Of a DNA stretch of 64,000 nt, positions 59,127-64,000 are shown piece by piece; the stretch's first letter is position 1; the number at the start of each line of letters is the position of its first letter. The position numbers were made by a program, and so were the translations under genes. Source of the DNA: an uncultured Bdellovibrionales bacterium (GTDB taxonomy: Bacteria > Bdellovibrionota_C > UBA2361 > SZUA-149 > CAZDIO01); contig CAZDIO010000117.1 of assembly GCA_964505555.1 (NCBI GenBank), forward strand, positions 1,044 through 65,043. The letters run 5' to 3'. The notes beneath the pieces were generated by a model that searched no databases, had not been told where the DNA came from, and saw only the letters and a list, made by a program, of their open reading frames with translations.

Positions 59127-59686
59127 CCCACAAGTTGGTCTTTTAGGAGAAGTCGTGCTGTGTTTAACCTCGAGCGCACCGTTCCTACCGGAATTCCTAA
59201 AATAGTTGCCGCCTCCTCGTATTTTTTGTTTTCAAACGCACAGAGCACCAAGGCTTCCCGATACTTCGGTTTTAAATTCGCCACAGCAGTTCGTAACTCG
59301 TCAATTAACTCCTGGTCATAAGGACGATCCTCTGCTTCAGCTATCCTCTCACCATGTTTATCTTCAAACGTTGTCATCTTCATCTGAGTCTTGTACCGCT
59401 TTGATGAAAAATAAGAGTTCGTTACATTGAGCGTAATTCGTATCAACCATGTTGAAAAACTTGCTTCGAAACGAAATGAAGAAAGATTAAGATAGGCTTT
59501 AAGAAACACCTCTTGGGCAAGCTCCTTTGCGGTCTGCTCATCTCCAAGCTGTCTGACGATCATCGCAAAGACCTTTCCTTGATGAAGCTCCACCAAATGG
59601 CGAAACTCCTCCTTCTCTCCAGAGATAACTCTCCGGATGATCTCAGGTTCGGCTGCGCTTTCATCCCCGATTGAGGCTATCTCCAT
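59114..59686 (-). CDS. ECF (sigma-70 family, group 4) RNA polymerase sigma factor.
   Basis: The 190-aa product has region-2 and region-4 patterns (...LAQEVFLKAY..., ...ILGIPVGTVRSRL...). It is translationally coupled to the anti-sigma gene. Confidence 0.85.
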   Translation of the reverse strand: MEIASIGDESAAEPEIIRRVISGEKEEFRHLVELHQGKVFAMIVRQLGDEQTAKELAQEVFLKAYLNLSSFRFEASFSTWLIRITLNVTNSYFSSKRYKTQMKMTTFEDKHGERIAEAEDRPYDQELIDELRTAVANLKPKYREALVLCAFENKKYEEAATILGIPVGTVRSRLNTARLLLKDQLVGCMR

Positions 59687-59870
59687 AAACCTTTCTTACA
59701 TTGCCTTTCGCTGCTTAGACCAATAAAAATAATAAGAGTTCGGTATACAAGTAACCGGTTATGCGTATTCTCGAAATAATGAACGTTTTGGGGAGATTAC
59801 TGGTTCTTTCTCCCTTATCTTCCTCATGGTAAATCATTGAGTTACTCCGTATGCTGCCCTCAATAAAATT

Positions 59871-61157
59871 ATGAAACAGATCTTTCAAAGCTGGTGGCCA
59901 ATGGCGATGAGTTGGCTTTTTATGGCCCTTGAGTGGCCTATGGTCAGCGCAATCATTGCACGGCTTGAAAATCCTGAATTTAACTTAGCAGCCCTCGGGG
60001 GCGTGGCTTTTCCGATTGCGATGGTGATTGAAGCGCCGATCATTCATCTTCTTGTCGCTTCAACTACTCTTTGTAAAGACAAGAAACTCTACCGCCAGCT
60101 CTACCGCTACATGATGGTCGTTGGTGCCTCACTGACCCTCCTTCATCTTTTACTCTCCGTAACTCCACTCTTTGATAGCGTGTTATTGCGCATAATTAAC
60201 CCCCCTCCGGAACTTCATGATGAGATCCGACAAAGCCTGATCCTCCTTCTTCCTTGGACCTGGTCAATTGCGTACCGAAGATTTCACCAAGGAGTGCTCA
60301 TTCGAAGTGGTCGCACCCAGATGGTTGGACTTGGCACCTTGGTCAGACTCCTCGGAGGCGCCTTAGCGTTAGCACTCTGTCTGACACTGAACATCGGCTC
60401 AGGGGCAACCGTTGGCGCCATAGCACTAAGCTTTGCTGTGTTTTCTGAGGCGGTTTTTATCGGTGTAATGAAATCAATCGTAATGAGAACCGGACTTTTT
60501 CCCGAAGATACAAACCAAAAACCTCTTACCCCAAAATCGTTCTTTTCATTTTATCTCCCTCTGGCGATGGCAAGTATCCTCTACCTCTGCGTGCATCCTC
60601 TGGGAAGTGCCGCGATGAGCCGTATGCCTAACCCGATCATCTCCCTTGCGCTATGGCCGATCGTTTCTAACTTTATTATTATCTTTCGAAGTCCTGGTCT
60701 TGCACTCCTTGAAGTAGTAATCACCTATCTCGATAAGCCAGGTTCTCTTCCCCTATTAAAGAAATTTTGTGGGCGTGTTCTTATTGTCATGACCTTAGCA
60801 ATGATTCTTGTTTCGCTTACGCCGATCGCAACATTCTGGTTTTCCTCCGTGGTTGGATTAAATCCGCAGCTGTCAACCCTTGCGAAGATGTCACTCTGGA
60901 TGGCGATTCCGATGGTGATGCTAACTCCGGTCTATGGATTTCACCAAGCGTTAATTACTCATGCAGGAAAAACAATTCATGTTACCATTGCGGTGTTCTG
61001 TTTTATCTCAATTTCAGCTCTCGTTTTTGCGATGGGACTTTCTTTAAAAATTCTTCCGGGACTTTTTGTAACGATTCTCGCCTTCTCAAGCGCGATGACG
61101 GCTTCAACAAGTTGGCTTTGGTTCCAAGCAAGACGGTTAAGACTTACTGGGAATTGA
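59871..61157 (+). CDS. Polytopic membrane protein (12-14 TM). Possibly a MOP/MATE-superfamily flippase.
   Basis: The 428-aa product is hydrophobic throughout. The family assignment is by topology only. Confidence 0.4.
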   Translation: MKQIFQSWWPMAMSWLFMALEWPMVSAIIARLENPEFNLAALGGVAFPIAMVIEAPIIHLLVASTTLCKDKKLYRQLYRYMMVVGASLTLLHLLLSVTPLFDSVLLRIINPPPELHDEIRQSLILLLPWTWSIAYRRFHQGVLIRSGRTQMVGLGTLVRLLGGALALALCLTLNIGSGATVGAIALSFAVFSEAVFIGVMKSIVMRTGLFPEDTNQKPLTPKSFFSFYLPLAMASILYLCVHPLGSAAMSRMPNPIISLALWPIVSNFIIIFRSPGLALLEVVITYLDKPGSLPLLKKFCGRVLIVMTLAMILVSLTPIATFWFSSVVGLNPQLSTLAKMSLWMAIPMVMLTPVYGFHQALITHAGKTIHVTIAVFCFISISALVFAMGLSLKILPGLFVTILAFSSAMTASTSWLWFQARRLRLTGN

Positions 61158-61165
61158 GCTTCGTT

Positions 61166-62719
61166 TTATTTACGATACACCTTGATCTCAAGGTGCGAGG
61201 AGCCGGGGATCGGCTTTGTCTCGATAAGCTTAAGAGACTGATCAAGTCGGCTGATAAGAAAACTACTTACTTCTTGATCGTATCCAGAAAATACCCACAC
61301 TTTTACCTCTGTTGGTGCTTCAGCGATCACCTTAAGAATATCGTTTGCGTCTCTTTCTAACACCTCGGGCTTTGAAAGAAATGCTTGTACATCGCGATGA
61401 ACTGGATGAAGAACCATCTCTGCAGGATAGGTCGAGGTGATAAACTTTTTTCCATTATCGAGTAAATGCGAATAGTAGAGATAGGGTCCATAACTCATAC
61501 TGGTAAAAAGAAGGATGTCGTTATCATTTGCTTCCTGAAGAACAACTGCCGTAGCCTCACGATCTGAGTAAGGCACTCCTTTGAACTCCGCTCGGACAAG
61601 AGCAAAAAGTGACCCTGCCATCATCAATAGCGCACCAAAGAATATTAATCGGGAACTTGCAAAGCGCACAATCACTAAGGAGAGACACACCGCAAGTGGT
61701 GGAAGTGCGGGGATAGTGTAACGGCTGCCATAAATAACTTCATATTGGGAAACCAAAAACGGAACGAGTAAGGTAAGTATAAACAAAAAGAAGAAACAAA
61801 AGACCTCTCGTTCGTAAATATACCCGATCACCCGTCGAAGAGGAGATCTCTCATCTTCACTGTTTTTTCTCTCAATTTGGGCTCCAAAAAATATACTGCT
61901 AAGAAAATACGCACCGATAAAGAGCGCCTCGTTTCCCCCATAAAAATCAAGGATACTCTCAAGAAGTACCGCGAGTCCTGGTTTTTCAATCCATCCTGTC
62001 GGGCTTCCTGAAGCTTGTTGAACAACAATTGGCGCCCATCCCACAAGAAATGGAAGCATACTGGCACCGTACACAAAGAATAAAAACCGAAAACTTTTTT
62101 TTGAAAAAAACAGAAGTGCTGCCACTCCTTGAGCAAATAACGAGAAAATAAACCAATAGTGAGTAAATGTTCCAAGAACATTTACCAGGAGATAACAACT
62201 GGTGTTAAAAAGGGTGCGATCTTTTCGGATAAACAACTTTACAAAAAACAGTAAAGAGAGAACGGTTAGAAAACCAAGAAGGGAGTACATCCGAACAAAC
62301 ATCCCCACAGCGATCGCCAAAGGACTTACGGCAAAAAAAAGTGCGCTTAATACACCAACCGTATGATTTTTTGCGCTTCTCCCTAAAAGATACATTGCAG
62401 GAATGCTCAGGAGAAAGAAGATCCAGGAAAACGTTCTTACCGATTCTTCAGCAAAACCAAATACTTTTGTCCATCCGATGAGCGCAGTAAAATAAAAAGG
62501 TGGTTGAGAGTCATGGAGAAGTTGCTCAATGAGCTTTTTTACCCCCCCAAACGTTACAAAAACACTGTGACACTCATCTAACCACAGCGGCTTTGTGGCA
62601 GAAACAATGGCAAAAAGTATGGTTGTTATTAGCGCCAAAAAACAGACGAGAAGTAAGAGCGGAAAAGAACTCCTCTCCTCAGGAGAGTCACCTTTTAGAT
62701 CTGTTCGGTATCGAGACAT
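61166..62719 (-). CDS. GT-C fold glycosyltransferase (ArnT/PMT, family 39/83-like).
   Basis: The 517-aa product has a DE motif in the first periplasmic loop (KPLWLDECHSVF) and a many-TM topology. Confidence 0.65.
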   Translation of the reverse strand: MSRYRTDLKGDSPEERSSFPLLLLVCFLALITTILFAIVSATKPLWLDECHSVFVTFGGVKKLIEQLLHDSQPPFYFTALIGWTKVFGFAEESVRTFSWIFFLLSIPAMYLLGRSAKNHTVGVLSALFFAVSPLAIAVGMFVRMYSLLGFLTVLSLLFFVKLFIRKDRTLFNTSCYLLVNVLGTFTHYWFIFSLFAQGVAALLFFSKKSFRFLFFVYGASMLPFLVGWAPIVVQQASGSPTGWIEKPGLAVLLESILDFYGGNEALFIGAYFLSSIFFGAQIERKNSEDERSPLRRVIGYIYEREVFCFFFLFILTLLVPFLVSQYEVIYGSRYTIPALPPLAVCLSLVIVRFASSRLIFFGALLMMAGSLFALVRAEFKGVPYSDREATAVVLQEANDNDILLFTSMSYGPYLYYSHLLDNGKKFITSTYPAEMVLHPVHRDVQAFLSKPEVLERDANDILKVIAEAPTEVKVWVFSGYDQEVSSFLISRLDQSLKLIETKPIPGSSHLEIKVYRK

Positions 62720-63648
62720 GAGTTTAAGTAATACTTTGCCAGTGCCACCACTTCAAGACTTTTATCAAAGAGCGCTCGTGCATTGGTGGCGATCTTTTCT
62801 CGTTCTGTATCGTGTTGTAGGTAGTAGCGAACAAGATCTTCAAGGTCAGACATATCGGGTTTTGTAAAAACGATATGCTCTCTATCGATCAACGAGAGCG
62901 GTAAGCGCGTTCCAAGTGGGTGACTAATGATAAAACTGCCGATCGCTAAGTAATCAATAAGTCGAAAACAGAGATCCCCATTTCCGGGAAGGTTTACGCA
63001 GATACGAGATCGTGCCACTTCGCGTAAAAAGCTCGTATACCGTACCTTCTGAAATCCTCCCCGAAATTGAAAATCCCTTGCCGCACTCAACCGCTGCAAG
63101 CACCGCTCCCGTCTTTCTCCAGCAAAATCTTTTCCAAATCTCCCATGGACATCAAATTGAAATTCGCGTTGATCCCGAACAGCACGAAGATGTTTTAGAT
63201 ACTTATAGAGCGAGAGATTAAAGACCGGATAGCCTCCCGGACGAACATTTACCTCTTTATACCCTTCTGTCTGAAAATGCATCTTGAAATAACGATACGA
63301 GGCTCGTGCGATGCCATCATTAACATTTACGTAATCAGACCAATCAATGATTATTCGTCGTTCCGATACTCCATGACAGAGAATAAACTGAGTAACTCCT
63401 TGACCATCGGGTTGAGGAACATCTCTTACTTCAACGGGAACAAGCCTGCGCAGACCTTCATAGAGCGGATTAACCCACCGCCCCGCAGCGCTCCAAGAAT
63501 AAGCGGAGGGCCAGATGATTTTTAACCCTTGATATTCTGGATGGGAAAGTTTCTCTCCTGTTAAACTTTCCCATGGACCGCGAGCAGAAATTCTCCAGAT
63601 CTGTTCTCTTCCAAAATCAATTATTTTTGTAAGCTGTCTGACAGGCAT
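62695..63648 (-). CDS. Hypothetical protein, possibly a CgeB-like or GT1-C-terminal-like glycosyltransferase.
   Basis: The 317-aa product has a C-terminus ...IVFTKPDMSDLEDLVRYYLQHDTEREKIATNARALF, which is GT1-like. The assignment is weak. Confidence 0.35.
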   Translation of the reverse strand: MPVRQLTKIIDFGREQIWRISARGPWESLTGEKLSHPEYQGLKIIWPSAYSWSAAGRWVNPLYEGLRRLVPVEVRDVPQPDGQGVTQFILCHGVSERRIIIDWSDYVNVNDGIARASYRYFKMHFQTEGYKEVNVRPGGYPVFNLSLYKYLKHLRAVRDQREFQFDVHGRFGKDFAGERRERCLQRLSAARDFQFRGGFQKVRYTSFLREVARSRICVNLPGNGDLCFRLIDYLAIGSFIISHPLGTRLPLSLIDREHIVFTKPDMSDLEDLVRYYLQHDTEREKIATNARALFDKSLEVVALAKYYLNSCLDTEQI

Positions 63649-63755
63649 AAAGTACCACTTAAAACTGATCGTCGCCGGTGCAGCGAAAAAACGTCTGCTC
63701 GTCCTTTCTCTTTATTCTTCCTGTCAGGAAAGGAAGTATTCGTGTGCCGTTGTGA

Positions 63756-64000
63756 CTACTTTTCTGATCGGCTTAAGTATTTCCCTTCCTCAGTATTGAC
63801 TACCACCTTATCTCCAACTTTCACAAAAGGAGGCACTGCGAGGGTTAGGCCGGTTTCAGTGGTAGCGGGTTTTGGAGAGTTACTTGCGGTGGCACCACGC
63901 ATTTCAGGGGCGGTATCAACGATAGTAAGAATTACCGTGGTCGGAAGGTTCACTCCAATGGGATCTCCATTAAAGGTAGTAACATCAACTTTCATCTGAT
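63756..64000 (-). CDS. efp: Translation elongation factor P. Only the C-terminal part is present, and the gene continues beyond the window end.
   Basis: The product ends ...KPATTETGLTLAVPPFVKVGDKVVVNTEEGKYLSRSEK, matching the EF-P C-terminal OB domain. Confidence 0.7.
   Translation of the reverse strand, partial: QMKVDVTTFNGDPIGVNLPTTVILTIVDTAPEMRGATASNSPKPATTETGLTLAVPPFVKVGDKVVVNTEEGKYLSRSEK

Noticed and set aside
60767-61360. 197-aa + strand ORF overlapping the polytopic membrane protein and the GT-C gene.
   Set aside because: It is an alternative frame of a confidently hydrophobic membrane ORF. It is Cys-rich nonsense.

Overview
The window is a gene-dense bacterial chromosomal segment with moderate GC. 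Gene content looks deltaproteobacterial or Bdellovibrionota/Myxococcota-like: there is a eukaryote-like Ser/Thr kinase, a type III PKS, an RHS toxin and dockerin/PKD surface proteins. The taxon is inference only. The housekeeping backbone is clear. It comprises motB-motA; gltA plus a class IV aminotransferase; etfB-etfA-DUF192; a type II NADH dehydrogenase; an acyl-CoA dehydrogenase; a long-chain acyl-CoA ligase; a glutamine-synthetase-family gene; the lysine operon lysA-dapF-dapA-dapB; hslV-hslU; pepP; and a partial efp at the window end. Interleaved with this backbone are seven accessory modules. (1) A 2069-aa secreted SpvB / FG-GAP / RHS polymorphic toxin (11757-17966) with an unrecognised ~311-aa C-terminal domain and no visible immunity gene. 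(2) Next to it, an insertion carrying a double-length IS200/RAYT-like HUH Y1 transposase-family gene, tandem promoter-like direct repeats and a strong hairpin. (3) A cluster of a VanX/DdpX-type D-Ala-D-Ala dipeptidase, a SAM methyltransferase, a tandem Lrp/AsnC regulator and an unusual 806-aa fusion of two complete D-Ala-D-Ala-ligase-like ATP-grasp modules (43728-48803). (4) A phenolic-lipid biosynthetic cluster (49104-56459): MMPL exporter, LuxR regulator, FAD oxidoreductase, YceI-like binder, type III PKS, UbiG-like methyltransferase and an ICMT-family membrane methyltransferase, resembling srs/ars/bps alkylresorcinol-alkylpyrone loci. (5) A transmembrane Ser/Thr kinase with ankyrin repeats, followed by an orphan TadE-like pseudopilin. 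(6) A 1244-aa PKD / propeller-repeat / InlB-B-repeat / dockerin surface protein. Divergent from it is a strongly RBS-supported 65-aa secreted cysteine-rich peptide. (7) An ECF sigma factor with an anti-sigma-VWA fusion, next to a GT-C glycosyltransferase module. Two large composite palindromic non-coding elements (about 6017-6115 and 30444-30618) are also present. No rRNA, tRNA or CRISPR array was recognised. Several ORF-track starts are non-ATG (GTG/TTG) and have been adjusted where an internal ATG with a better context exists.
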